From an uncultured Gammaproteobacteria bacterium (GTDB taxonomy: Bacteria; Patescibacteriota; Patescibacteriia; JAHIZJ01): a stretch of DNA of 64,000 nucleotides. How positions within the stretch are numbered: position 1 is the stretch's first letter; every line of letters starts with the position of its first letter. Location of the stretch: assembly GCA_964594455.1 (NCBI GenBank), contig CAZQLY010000001.1, forward strand, positions 133,989-197,988. Reading direction: 5' to 3'. A program made the translations under genes and the position numbers. Below, piece after piece: positions 8,851 through 18,597 of this stretch. The notes below the pieces were generated by a model. That model did no database searches. It had not been told where the DNA came from and was given only the letters and a program-made list of their open reading frames with translations.

Positions 8851-9168
8851 CGTAAACCTCCTTATTGGAGTCCAAAAAGGAAGGGCCGCGCTCCTCGTAT
8901 CTACTAGGGTTGGCTAAAAGCCGACTGGAGCGGCGTAATCAGCCAGTAGCCATTACAGCACAGTCATTTTGGCCTCACCTCCTTTGCGGAAAACAGCTGC
9001 GGAAAACAGCGGAGTAGAAGCGAGCAACATGGGACAGTGGTTGGCACACATGAGAATAGCAGCGGCGACCTGATTGACATCGCCAATATAATTCTGGCAA
9101 TAAATATCTGCTTTGTCAATAATATGTGAAAATGTTACAATTATTTCACTTAATATTAACGAAAAACA

Positions 9169-9876
9169 ATGGCATCAGATCCTATTCCTGAAGTGGTTCC
9201 AGAGAAGAAAAAACATAGATGGCTCTGGGTTGTCTTGGCAATTATTATAATTTTGCCTTTGCTTTTTTTGGGCTGGACCGGGATTTATAGCATCCCTGTT
9301 TTGACTGACTTGTTCGGCAGTCGGAAACCGATTGATTTAGGGGTTGTAGTTAGTAATGAAGCTTTAGCCAGCGCCATAGCTGATAACCCAATGGACTTAG
9401 AAGGTGATCCAGCTGAGTACTCGGGCGTAGCAAAAAAAATATATACCGGGCAAGTGCCGATTAATGATCAACACAGTTCAGAAGAGATGACTTCGTTTCT
9501 CCAGCATTATACCCAAAACGCTCCCTACATTCGTGATCTGCAAGTTAAATTTATTGATGGCGGAATGGAAATTTCAGCTTTTGTAAAAGAGTATGTTAAA
9601 GCCCCGGTGTATATAAAAGTCGGAGTTGAGAAGACGGGCGTAAAATCTATAAAATTGAATTTGCAAAAAGCCAAGATCGGCCGTTTGTCAGTTCCGGAAA
9701 CATATTATGATGACATTGAAAAATTTGCCGAAGATGTGATTAATGATAAATTAACTGAAATTGAGGGTTTTACTATTGATAAACTGGAGTACACTGACGG
9801 TCAAGCCTACTTAAAAGGCACTCTTCCGGAAAAAGTTGAATTAGTGTCCGGGGAAGAAGATAAATTTTGGGAGTAG
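9169..9876 (+). CDS. Membrane-anchored hypothetical protein
   Basis: N-terminal TM helix; host-like codon style. Confidence 0.75.
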   Translation: MASDPIPEVVPEKKKHRWLWVVLAIIIILPLLFLGWTGIYSIPVLTDLFGSRKPIDLGVVVSNEALASAIADNPMDLEGDPAEYSGVAKKIYTGQVPINDQHSSEEMTSFLQHYTQNAPYIRDLQVKFIDGGMEISAFVKEYVKAPVYIKVGVEKTGVKSIKLNLQKAKIGRLSVPETYYDDIEKFAEDVINDKLTEIEGFTIDKLEYTDGQAYLKGTLPEKVELVSGEEDKFWE

Positions 9877-9882
9877 TCTTTT

Positions 9883-10884
9883 ATGAAAATAACAATTAGA
9901 GAAACTGCCAAGCTTTTAGAAGCAAAGCTAAAGCGTATTGGGTATAGTAGTAAAGAAGCAAGGATAATCGCCAGTGAGTATGTAGATGGCGAGATTAAAG
10001 GAAAGCAGTCTCATGGTGTGTTTGGTTTTATTCGGGCATTTGGAAAAATACAAGCCAACAAAGATAAGCTTGAAGCGTTTGGCTCGGCCAAGAGAGGAGA
10101 GTTTAAAGTAAAAATTAACAAACCGGCCTATGCTTATATAGAAGGTAATCAGGATAAAGGGCAAATAGTCGCTGACTATGCTATTAAATTGGCTGTAAAA
10201 AAAGCCAAAAAATCTGGAATAGCTATGGTTGGCGGAGGCAATATTCAGTCCTTTCTCAAGCCGGGTACATGGGCTGAGTCTGCCGCCAAACAACAAATGA
10301 TCGGTTTATGCTTTAATTACGGCGGCAGTCCGTTAATGGCTCCGACAGGCTCTAGACAACCAGTTCTATCGACGAATCCCATTGGTATTGGTATACCCTA
10401 TAAACCATTTCCGATAGTTATAGACATGGCTACTTCTGTTCGCGCCTTTTACCATATTAGAATGGCAAAAGCACTAGGTAAGAAGATAGAAAAAGGCTGG
10501 GCAATTGATCGTTGGGGTAGTTTAACCCGGGATCCAGAAAAAGTTGCCGCTGTCTTACCATTCGGCGATTACAAAGGCTATGCTTTAAGCCTAGCCTTAG
10601 AGATTCTAACCGGTCCGTTGGTAAAAACAAGAGTGGGGAGTAGGACCAGGAAATTGAGAGGATTTTTATTTATAGTTATTAATCCTTATGTTTTTACTAG
10701 CCAGAAAGAATTCCAGTCAGATGTTAAAAAATTAATCAAAGAAATAAAGTCAGCAAAAAGGATAAAAGGTATTCAAGAAATAATTATTCCTGGTGAAAGA
10801 GCGTATGAGCATGAGAAAAGGATAAGACGCAGAGGGTGTTTAGAAATAGATAATAGTATTATTAACAAAATAAAATCTTTATGA
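9883..10884 (+). CDS. Ldh_2 family (malate/L-lactate/L-sulfolactate-type) NAD(P)-dependent oxidoreductase
   Basis: SHG, STNPI, IDMATS, PFGDYKG, IPGE motifs. Confidence 0.85.
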   Translation: MKITIRETAKLLEAKLKRIGYSSKEARIIASEYVDGEIKGKQSHGVFGFIRAFGKIQANKDKLEAFGSAKRGEFKVKINKPAYAYIEGNQDKGQIVADYAIKLAVKKAKKSGIAMVGGGNIQSFLKPGTWAESAAKQQMIGLCFNYGGSPLMAPTGSRQPVLSTNPIGIGIPYKPFPIVIDMATSVRAFYHIRMAKALGKKIEKGWAIDRWGSLTRDPEKVAAVLPFGDYKGYALSLALEILTGPLVKTRVGSRTRKLRGFLFIVINPYVFTSQKEFQSDVKKLIKEIKSAKRIKGIQEIIIPGERAYEHEKRIRRRGCLEIDNSIINKIKSL

Positions 10885-13139
10885 AAACTAAGAAAACGGT
10901 AAAGAAAATAAAGAAGGCAACAAACTTAAAAATGTCATCCGGTATTTCCAACACCGAAGTGCTAGTAGTGCTGGTTATTGCCATGCTGGTGGCCGGTACC
11001 TCAATTTATCTTGGATTGAACTATGAGTTTCCATTTAATGTAAATACCAATAGTAATACATCTGATGATGTCGGCAGTGGCACCACTGTTTCAGAATCTC
11101 TGCTGGCTCAGAAGGAATTAAAAAAGTTTGAAGACTATGATCAACTCAATGATTTCTTAGATGAACGAGCAGGTTCGGAAAGTAGCTACTACAGAAGTTA
11201 TTGGGCTGATGTGACGATTGAAGAGAGTGCAGTCGGAGAGAGCTTGACCCAAGATTACAGCGCCAAAGAAGCTTCACCTAGTGATTTTTCTACTACCAAT
11301 ATCCAAGTCGAGGGAGTAGATGAAGCTGACATTGTGAAAAGTGACGGCGATTATATTTATGTTGTCTCAAGAAAGAATCTATATATTATTGACGCTTATC
11401 CGGCTGATCAGGCCCAGATTGTTTCGACAATCGCGTTTCACTCCACCCCTCAAGACATTTATATCAATGAAGATTACTTAGTTGTTTACGGCACGGAAAG
11501 CAGTGTTTTAACAAAGCCGTTTTTTGAATCTATCCGTGATTCCTCAACTTATACTTTTTTCAAAGTTTTTGACGTTAAGGATCGAGTCAATCCCAAGCAA
11601 GTTCGTGATCTGGAATTCGAAGGCACCTACGTAAATTCACGAATGATTGGCGATTATGTTTACTTTATTACCTCTCAGCCTTCATACGGAGTTTATGATG
11701 ACTATCCTGTTCCTATGGTTGTGGAGGATGATGAGTTAGTATCATCTGATCCAAGCGCCAAAGGCTGCCTCTGCCCAGATGTATATTATGTTGATGTTCC
11801 CTATACTAATTATAATTTTACGTCGGTTACTGCCATAAACGTTACCGACAATAACAAAAAAATAAACTCTGAAGTATATCTTTTGAGTGGTACGGAAAAT
11901 ATGTATGTTTCGGAAAATAATATCTATATTGCTTATACGAAATATGTCAGCGAAAGCCAGTTAGAATTAGAAGTCTTAAAGGAAATAGTTATGCCAATGT
12001 TAGAAACTAAAGACCGACAGCGTATTCAGGATATTGAAGATGCTCCAGCTCATGTCCTAAACCAAGTGGAGAAATTGACCAAAATAGGCCTGATTATTGA
12101 GCGATATACAAATTCGTTAAGCCAAACAGATCAAGTAAGCATAAATCAGAAAGTTGAGGAAAAACTTCAGGCTAAATATGACGATATATATAAAGAGTTA
12201 GAAAAAACTGTTATTCATAAAATTGAGTTAAATAACGATAAACTGTCATACAAAGCCACAGGCGAGGTAACCGGACAGGTATTAAACCAGTTTGCCATGG
12301 ATGAACACGACGATTATTTCCGGATCGCTACAACTAAGAATAGCAATTGGTCCTGGATTGAAGATGCCACAACTGATTCCTACAACAATGTTTATGTCTT
12401 GGATGAAGATTTGGAGATTGTGGGTAAGGTGGAAAATCTTGCTGAGGGTGAAAGAATCTATTCGGCCCGATTCATGCAGGGCAGAGTATATTTAGTAACC
12501 TTCCGACAAGTCGACCCGCTTTACGCTATCGATCTGTCTAATCCTAAGAGTCCAAAAGTGCTGGATATGTTAAAGGTCCCTGGCTTTTCGTCATATCTGC
12601 ATCCTTACGATTCCGAAACCCTGATTGGGTTTGGTAAACAGGCTGACGAAGATGGAAGAATCCAAGGATTAAAGATATCACTTTTTGACGTCTCTGATGT
12701 TGAGAACATGAAAGAAATTGATACCTATGAAATGGGTGATAGCGGGAGCGAATCAATTGCCCTGACTGACCATAAGGCGTTTCTCTTTTCCAAAGACAAA
12801 AATCTGTTGGTAGTGCCCGTGTCACTTCGCAAATCTTATGACGAAGAAACGTTTGTTAGCACATATACCAGGGGTGCCATGGTTTTTAGCATTACAGAAG
12901 ATGGTATAGAATTTCGTGATCAAATAAATCATTCCGATGGCAGCAATGACAGTTCAGATTACTATTATGGCTATCAGTATTACGATACTACCGTGAAAAG
13001 AAGTCTCTATATCGATGATACGCTTTATACGATTTCAAACTTATTTGTTAAATCAAACAGCTTGGATGATTTGTCGGTGATAAAAGAAATTGATCTAGCA
13101 ACTACGACATCTACTAGCGATTTTGATATAATTAACTAA
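10881..13139 (+). CDS. Secreted beta-propeller domain protein (Beta_propel family)
   Basis: STTNIQVEGVDEADIVKSDG, LNQFAMDE, GERIYSARF, VTFRQVDPL, PGFSSYLHP. Confidence 0.85.
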   Translation: MKTKKTVKKIKKATNLKMSSGISNTEVLVVLVIAMLVAGTSIYLGLNYEFPFNVNTNSNTSDDVGSGTTVSESLLAQKELKKFEDYDQLNDFLDERAGSESSYYRSYWADVTIEESAVGESLTQDYSAKEASPSDFSTTNIQVEGVDEADIVKSDGDYIYVVSRKNLYIIDAYPADQAQIVSTIAFHSTPQDIYINEDYLVVYGTESSVLTKPFFESIRDSSTYTFFKVFDVKDRVNPKQVRDLEFEGTYVNSRMIGDYVYFITSQPSYGVYDDYPVPMVVEDDELVSSDPSAKGCLCPDVYYVDVPYTNYNFTSVTAINVTDNNKKINSEVYLLSGTENMYVSENNIYIAYTKYVSESQLELEVLKEIVMPMLETKDRQRIQDIEDAPAHVLNQVEKLTKIGLIIERYTNSLSQTDQVSINQKVEEKLQAKYDDIYKELEKTVIHKIELNNDKLSYKATGEVTGQVLNQFAMDEHDDYFRIATTKNSNWSWIEDATTDSYNNVYVLDEDLEIVGKVENLAEGERIYSARFMQGRVYLVTFRQVDPLYAIDLSNPKSPKVLDMLKVPGFSSYLHPYDSETLIGFGKQADEDGRIQGLKISLFDVSDVENMKEIDTYEMGDSGSESIALTDHKAFLFSKDKNLLVVPVSLRKSYDEETFVSTYTRGAMVFSITEDGIEFRDQINHSDGSNDSSDYYYGYQYYDTTVKRSLYIDDTLYTISNLFVKSNSLDDLSVIKEIDLATTTSTSDFDIIN

Positions 13140-13146
13140 TATTTCT

Positions 13147-13341
13147 ATGGAAGAAAGTCCAAAAGAAAAAACCCAACCGGACAAACCCGTCCACAAGCGA
13201 AAGTTTCCGCTGGGTGGGGTTATTGTTCTAGTGGTGGGAGTAATCCTGCTTTTGCAGAATATGGGAGTTGAGTGGGCTGACAATATCTGGTTCCCGGCTA
13301 TTTTGATAGTTTTGGGTTTGGGAATTATATTCAAGAAATAA
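13147..13341 (+). CDS. Small two-TM protein (LiaI/LiaF-TM-like)
   Basis: GGVIVLVVGVILLLQN..WFPAILIVLG. Confidence 0.65.
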   Translation: MEESPKEKTQPDKPVHKRKFPLGGVIVLVVGVILLLQNMGVEWADNIWFPAILIVLGLGIIFKK

Positions 13342-13343
13342 AG

Positions 13344-13637
13344 ATGAAAAAAAGATTATACATCTTTCTCAGCATTGTTTTGGGTGTATTATTGAGCTTT
13401 ATCGTGCATGCTGCAATAGAGCTATGGTATCTAAATCGGATGGAAAGCTCAGGTAAAGAAGTGGTTTGGCGGACATTTTTTGGATATGGAGCGTGTGCCC
13501 TGCCGGATTATTTGAAATACGGGCTGATAGTAGCAGGGCTTCTGGGAGGCTTTTTGCTGGGAAAATGGTGGTGGAGGGCTGTGTATATCCAGGGAAGGCA
13601 TTGGCGTAATAAAAACGACTCCAATATTTCACCTTAA
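13344..13637 (+). CDS. Small membrane protein
   Basis: Two TM segments; HAAIE and WW..VY motifs; operonic spacing. Confidence 0.7.
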   Translation: MKKRLYIFLSIVLGVLLSFIVHAAIELWYLNRMESSGKEVVWRTFFGYGACALPDYLKYGLIVAGLLGGFLLGKWWWRAVYIQGRHWRNKNDSNISP

Positions 13638-13689
13638 GTTTTCAATAGTTTGTTTTGAAAAAATAGGGTATCTATTGTAAAATTAACTT

Positions 13690-14724
13690 ATGGCTAAGAA
13701 AAAAAACAATCAACCTCCGATTACCCAGGTAACCAAGGTTTTAAAATTAAGAAACGAACGTCAAGCCATTATTCTAGATACAATATCCGAACATGCTAAG
13801 CCGGACGTTGATTTTTATTTATTAAGCGTTTTTTCCAGCATAATTATCACCCTCGGGTTGATTAGAGACAATACGGCAGTGGTCATTGGTGGTATGTTGA
13901 TAGCCCCTTTTATCTGGCCCATCCTTCAATTGGCTTTAGGTGTGGTTCGCGGGCAACCAATCTCATTGCGTAAAGGGCTAATGACAGCCTTGAAAGCAGC
14001 ATTAATATTTGTAGCGGTTTCATATATAATTACTGTGGTCTGGCCAGTGTTTGAAGTTGGTCGAGAAATTTTGCAGAGAACAGAACCGACTTTAGCTGAA
14101 TTAGTAATCGCTCTATCATCCGGATTTATTGGAGCGTTTATTATTTCTTGGCCCAAGATTATCTCGGCTTTGGGAGGAGTCTTAATAGCTGCAGCAATAA
14201 CACCACCGCTAGGTGTACTCGGTATTACCTTGGCTTTGGGAAATTTCGAAGCCTTCATGGGCGCCTTTCTTTTATTTTTGGCAAATTTGATTGCGATTAC
14301 CTTTGGGGCAGCCATACTTTTCTTTCTTATCAAAATCCGTCCGCTCAAATCAGAAAAAACTCCGAGCCGGGTCATGCGAAATACTGTCTGGGCTGTAATT
14401 TTCTTTGTCTTGATCACTATCCCGCTGAGTTACTTCTTTATTGATATTGCTAAGATCAACCGACAAAAATTTATTATCCAAGACGTGATTGAAGAAAACA
14501 TGCCCGAAAGCGTTATCAGAGATTTACAAGTCTCACATTCTCAGAATTCTGTTCATGCTAAAATTACTGTAGAATATACAGAAGAAGTAACGGAGTGGAA
14601 GGTTGATCGGATAAATGATATTATCAGTGATAAATTGAATAAGTCAGTTGATCTCGAGATGTATATTGTTCCGGTGATAAAAGCGGGCGAGACCAACAAT
14701 ACCAATACTGAGCAGCTGCTATAA
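13690..14724 (+). CDS. DUF389/TIGR00341 family membrane protein
   Basis: AVVIGGMLIAP, EILQRTEPT, GV.IAAAI.PPL motifs. Confidence 0.85.
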   Translation: MAKKKNNQPPITQVTKVLKLRNERQAIILDTISEHAKPDVDFYLLSVFSSIIITLGLIRDNTAVVIGGMLIAPFIWPILQLALGVVRGQPISLRKGLMTALKAALIFVAVSYIITVVWPVFEVGREILQRTEPTLAELVIALSSGFIGAFIISWPKIISALGGVLIAAAITPPLGVLGITLALGNFEAFMGAFLLFLANLIAITFGAAILFFLIKIRPLKSEKTPSRVMRNTVWAVIFFVLITIPLSYFFIDIAKINRQKFIIQDVIEENMPESVIRDLQVSHSQNSVHAKITVEYTEEVTEWKVDRINDIISDKLNKSVDLEMYIVPVIKAGETNNTNTEQLL

Positions 14725-14725
14725 A

Positions 14726-17626
14726 ATGAAATCGGAATTATCCCAACAACTAAATCCAGAACAGAATCGGGCGGTCAAATTCGGGGACGGCCCATTATTA
14801 ATCGTGGCAGGCGCCGGGACCGGCAAAACCACAGTGATTACCCAGCGGTTGGCCTGGCTGATTGAGCAAAAAAAAGCTGCGCCGGACGAAATTTTGGCAC
14901 TGACATTTACCGACAAAGCAGCCGGAGAAATGGAAGAGCGAGTTGACCAGCTTCTGCCATACGGATACGTGGATCTTTGGGTGTCGACATTCCACGCTTT
15001 TGGTGAAAGGATTCTAAAAGACCATGCGTTGGATCTAGGCTTGGATCCGGGATTTAGAATCTTATCTACGCCGGATCAGTGGTTTATGATCCGGCAGAAT
15101 TTAGATAAATTTCAGCTTAGCTATTATAAACCTCTGGGCAACCCAACCCGTTTTATCTACGCTTTAGTCAAACACTTTTCGCGTTTAAAAGACGAGCACA
15201 TTGAACCGGATGAGTACGTAAAGTATGCCGAAAGACGGATCAAGAAAACCAAAGGCGGTTCGGAAGATGAGGTGGAAGAGGCAAAAAAGATTCTTGAGGT
15301 AGCCAAGGCTTTTCGGGTTTACCAAAACCTCCTGCATGAAAATGGCTGGCTGGATTTTGGCGATTTGGTTATATACACGCTGAAGCTTTTTAAAACTAGA
15401 AAAACCATTCTGGAAAAATACCGTCAGCAATTTAAATACGTATTAGTTGACGAATTCCAGGATACAAATTATGCCCAATACGAATTAGTCAAACTATTGG
15501 CCGGTACTAAACAAAACATTACTGTTTGCGGTGATGATGATCAATCAATTTATAAATTTCGGGGAGCGTCTGTTTCCAATATTTTGCAGTTCAAAAAAGA
15601 TTTCCCTAAAGCCCTGGAAGTCGTCTTGGTGCAAAATTATCGTAATGCTCAAAACACTTTGGATTTGTCTTATGATTTTATCCAGCTTAATAATCCTAAT
15701 AGATTAGAAGCACAGTTGGGCGATAGTGGAAAAGAGAAGTCGGGGCTGACAAAAAAGATCAGCAAAAAACTAAAGTCTAACAAAAAAGAACCAGCCGTTA
15801 TTGAACACATTCATTGTGAAACTATAGATAGGGAAGTGATGACGGTTCTAAAAAAGATAGTCGATTTGCAAAAAGCCAAGCAAGCCAGCTGGAGCGATTT
15901 TGCGATTTTGGTCAGGGCCAATGATATGGCTGACCCCTTTATTACGGCCTTAAGTGCTCAGGGTTTGCCATATCAGTTTATTGCTTCAAAAGGATTGTTC
16001 CAAAAACCCGAGATAATAGATTTAATATCTTATTTGAAACTGCTGGATAACTATCATGAGAGTTCGGCGCTTTATCGGATCCTCTCGTTGAAAACTTTTA
16101 ATATCCCAGTTGAAGATATCGTAAAACTTTTGCACTATTCCAGCCGTAAGAGTGTTTCTCTTTATGAAACATTACGTGAGGCTAGACTTTTGGGATTACA
16201 ACCAAAATCAAAAGACAAAATTGAAAAAATACAAAAGTTGATAGAACGACATACAGAATTAACGCGTACCAAATCAGTCGGCCAAGTGCTTTATCGTTTT
16301 GTGAAAGAGTCGGGCTATATTGAAAGGTTAACTAAGAAAGAAACGCTGGAGAACGCGGAAAAGATTTTGAATATCAATAAGTTTTTTACCAAGATAGCGG
16401 AATTCGAAAGCCGGAACGAAGACAAATCAGTCAAAAGTTTCATGGCTGAGCTGAATATCATGCTGGAAATAGGGCAAGATCCAGCGCCTACATCAATGCT
16501 GGAAGGACCAGAAGCTATAAAAATAATGACTATTCATTCGGCCAAAGGCCTGGAATTCCCTTACGTGTTTATTGCCAATTTGGTAGACAAAAGATTCCCC
16601 TCGATTGAACGGCGTGAACAAATAGAGATCCCTGAAGATATGATCAAGGAGATATTACCGACCGGCGATATTCATTTGCAGGAGGAGCGTCGGCTGTTTT
16701 ATGTGGCAGTAACTCGTGCCAAGTCAGGATTGTTTTTTACCACAGCTGACAACTATGGCGGATTGAGAAAGAAGAAGCTTTCTCGATTTCTCAAGGAAAT
16801 CAAATACGATCAGTATGTTAAACCGATGGGTATCAAAAAAGAGAAAGGGATTGATTATCCGGATGAGTTTGAAGGTGCGCGTAATAAACTTTTCAAATAT
16901 GAATTACCGCGCCAGCTCAGCTTTACCCAGCTAAAGGCTTTTTGGACCTGTCCGTATCAATACCGGTTCATGTTTGTTTTGAAGGTTCCGGGTGAGCCTA
17001 AACATACTTTTAGTTACGGCAAATCAATTCACAAAACATTAAGTGATTTCTTCCAGCTGGTTCAAAGAGGACAAAAGCACGACTGGCCAACTCTAAAAAG
17101 ATTATATGAATCAAACTGGATAGATGAATGGTACGAATCATCTGAGCATATGGCTGAACGAAAAGCTCAAGGTTTAAAAGCCCTCAAAGTATATTTTGAT
17201 TCTTTTGAGGGTAAGTTTCCTAAACCGCTTTATTTGGAGAAAGGTTTTGTTATTAAGATAAAAGGCAATTCTATCAAGGGATTTATTGACCGCATTGACG
17301 AGTTATCAGATGGCACGGTGGAAATTATCGATTATAAAACCGGTACCAAACCAAAATCAAAAAAGGTGGAAAACCCGGAACAGCTTTTAATTTATGCTAT
17401 GGCGGCTCGGGAAAGCATGAAAAAAGAACCCTCTAGCTTGTCGTATCATTATTTGGAGGGCAATGAGCAAGTAGCATTTAGCGCAACCGATCAAGCCATA
17501 GAAAAAGTTAAAGAAAAAATAGCCCAAACGGCCGAAGAGATGAAAACCAGTGATTTCCGGCCCACGCCTGGATTTCAATGCAAGTACTGTGATTTCAAAG
17601 ATATTTGTGAATATCGGCAGGTATAA
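14726..17626 (+). CDS. UvrD/PcrA-type helicase fused to a PD-(D/E)XK nuclease with Fe-S cysteines (AdnAB/AddA-like)
   Basis: AGAGTGKT, DEFQD, GDDDQSIY.FRGA, TIHSAKGLEF, EERRLFYVA.TRA; C-terminal CPYQY, GFIDRID, IIDYKTG, CKYCDFKDIC. Confidence 0.9.
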   Translation: MKSELSQQLNPEQNRAVKFGDGPLLIVAGAGTGKTTVITQRLAWLIEQKKAAPDEILALTFTDKAAGEMEERVDQLLPYGYVDLWVSTFHAFGERILKDHALDLGLDPGFRILSTPDQWFMIRQNLDKFQLSYYKPLGNPTRFIYALVKHFSRLKDEHIEPDEYVKYAERRIKKTKGGSEDEVEEAKKILEVAKAFRVYQNLLHENGWLDFGDLVIYTLKLFKTRKTILEKYRQQFKYVLVDEFQDTNYAQYELVKLLAGTKQNITVCGDDDQSIYKFRGASVSNILQFKKDFPKALEVVLVQNYRNAQNTLDLSYDFIQLNNPNRLEAQLGDSGKEKSGLTKKISKKLKSNKKEPAVIEHIHCETIDREVMTVLKKIVDLQKAKQASWSDFAILVRANDMADPFITALSAQGLPYQFIASKGLFQKPEIIDLISYLKLLDNYHESSALYRILSLKTFNIPVEDIVKLLHYSSRKSVSLYETLREARLLGLQPKSKDKIEKIQKLIERHTELTRTKSVGQVLYRFVKESGYIERLTKKETLENAEKILNINKFFTKIAEFESRNEDKSVKSFMAELNIMLEIGQDPAPTSMLEGPEAIKIMTIHSAKGLEFPYVFIANLVDKRFPSIERREQIEIPEDMIKEILPTGDIHLQEERRLFYVAVTRAKSGLFFTTADNYGGLRKKKLSRFLKEIKYDQYVKPMGIKKEKGIDYPDEFEGARNKLFKYELPRQLSFTQLKAFWTCPYQYRFMFVLKVPGEPKHTFSYGKSIHKTLSDFFQLVQRGQKHDWPTLKRLYESNWIDEWYESSEHMAERKAQGLKALKVYFDSFEGKFPKPLYLEKGFVIKIKGNSIKGFIDRIDELSDGTVEIIDYKTGTKPKSKKVENPEQLLIYAMAARESMKKEPSSLSYHYLEGNEQVAFSATDQAIEKVKEKIAQTAEEMKTSDFRPTPGFQCKYCDFKDICEYRQV

Positions 17627-17661
17627 AAAAACCCACCAAAAAGGCGGGTGAGGAAAGAGCG
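17624..17661 (-). terminator. Terminator, copy 1 of a shared 3' element
   Basis: A7-CCCACC-AAAAA-GGCGGG; near-identical at 18057-18093. Confidence 0.75.
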
Positions 17662-17662
17662 G

Positions 17663-17956
17663 TCAGGTTGTCTGGCTGTTTCTGACATGGCTGGTAATGA
17701 TTTCAATTCGGGTAACGCTGCTTCTTTGTATGGTGCTTTTGACATGGAAGAAGCGCCTAAAACCATCGTGGACAAACCTGACAATCAATGAGTCATCAGC
17801 ACGATCCACAACTTGAGCAAAACCCTCCTTGCCAACTTCGATAAACTCGCGAATGCGCACTGACTGGATTGGTAATTCACGTCTTATTAGACGTTTTCTA
17901 TGGCGGCAGCCAATACGTAACTGCCGCAGCGATGTTATTGCAGCAGAACGGATCAT
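17663..17956 (-). CDS. Hypothetical Arg-rich protein (cassette gene); start at ATG 17956
   Basis: GGAGGGAG SD; TTGACA(18036-18031)-N17-TAATTT; terminator. Confidence 0.6.
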   Translation of the reverse strand: MIRSAAITSLRQLRIGCRHRKRLIRRELPIQSVRIREFIEVGKEGFAQVVDRADDSLIVRFVHDGFRRFFHVKSTIQRSSVTRIEIITSHVRNSQTT

Positions 17957-18056
17957 TACTCCCTCCATACAAGTTAAATGAGACAGGCCTTCCGTTTATC
18001 TGTTATGAAATTAGTGTGTATTATCTATTTTGTCAAGGGTATATTTACTAGTTTTA

Positions 18057-18093
18057 TAAAAAAACCCACCAAAATGGCGGGTGAGGGAAAGAT
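18057..18093 (-). terminator. Terminator, copy 2 of a shared 3' element
   Basis: TAAAAAAACCCACCAAAATGGCGGGTGAGGGAAAGA on +. Confidence 0.75.
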
Positions 18094-18486
18094 CTAGGTG
18101 TGCTGACCGATCAGGTCAGCGAAGATTTGGCGTGGGAGTGCCGGCTCTTTTAGGATTAAAGAAGGAACAACACTCTCAGTTTGGACATCAGGGGTGACGT
18201 AGTCAGTCCAAGATGTGCCAGGATGAAACTTGGGCGAGTCGATATGCGTGTTCGTTAGAAGAAATACGGCGCCATTCAACTCCAGCCCCTCGAGATTAGC
18301 TATCTGCGCTAAAGCCAGATAGACTAATCGATTCCAATCTGAGGGAGTAACATTAAAAAATTCCACCGCTAGTACAAACAGCGGTTTCTCTCCCGTCTGA
18401 TGGTCTGGTTTGTAATAGCGGAAAGTGCAGTCAGTAACTCCATCGGTTACTTGGACGGTGCAAATGGATTGATTTATGCGGCCCAT
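18094..18486 (-). CDS. Hypothetical protein (cassette gene); start at ATG 18486
   Basis: GAGGAGGTG SD; TTGACT-N16-TAAATT; TGTTCTTTCC at 18511-18502. Confidence 0.65.
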   Translation of the reverse strand: MGRINQSICTVQVTDGVTDCTFRYYKPDHQTGEKPLFVLAVEFFNVTPSDWNRLVYLALAQIANLEGLELNGAVFLLTNTHIDSPKFHPGTSWTDYVTPDVQTESVVPSLILKEPALPRQIFADLIGQHT

Positions 18487-18597
18487 GAACACCTCCTCGG
18501 TGGAAAGAACAACGGATACTACCAAGGTAATTTATCAGGTTGGCTGAAGAAGTCAAATGTTTAAAAAAAGACCCACCAATTGGTAGGTCAGAAAGGG

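Noticed and set aside
8722-8907. 61-aa + strand ORF from the track
   Set aside because: TTG start with no SD or promoter; all signals (promoter, two SDs, terminator) point to the - strand
8975-8985. TCACCTCCTTT looks like the 3' end of 16S rRNA
   Set aside because: No rRNA sequence upstream; it is the reverse complement of a strong SD on the - strand
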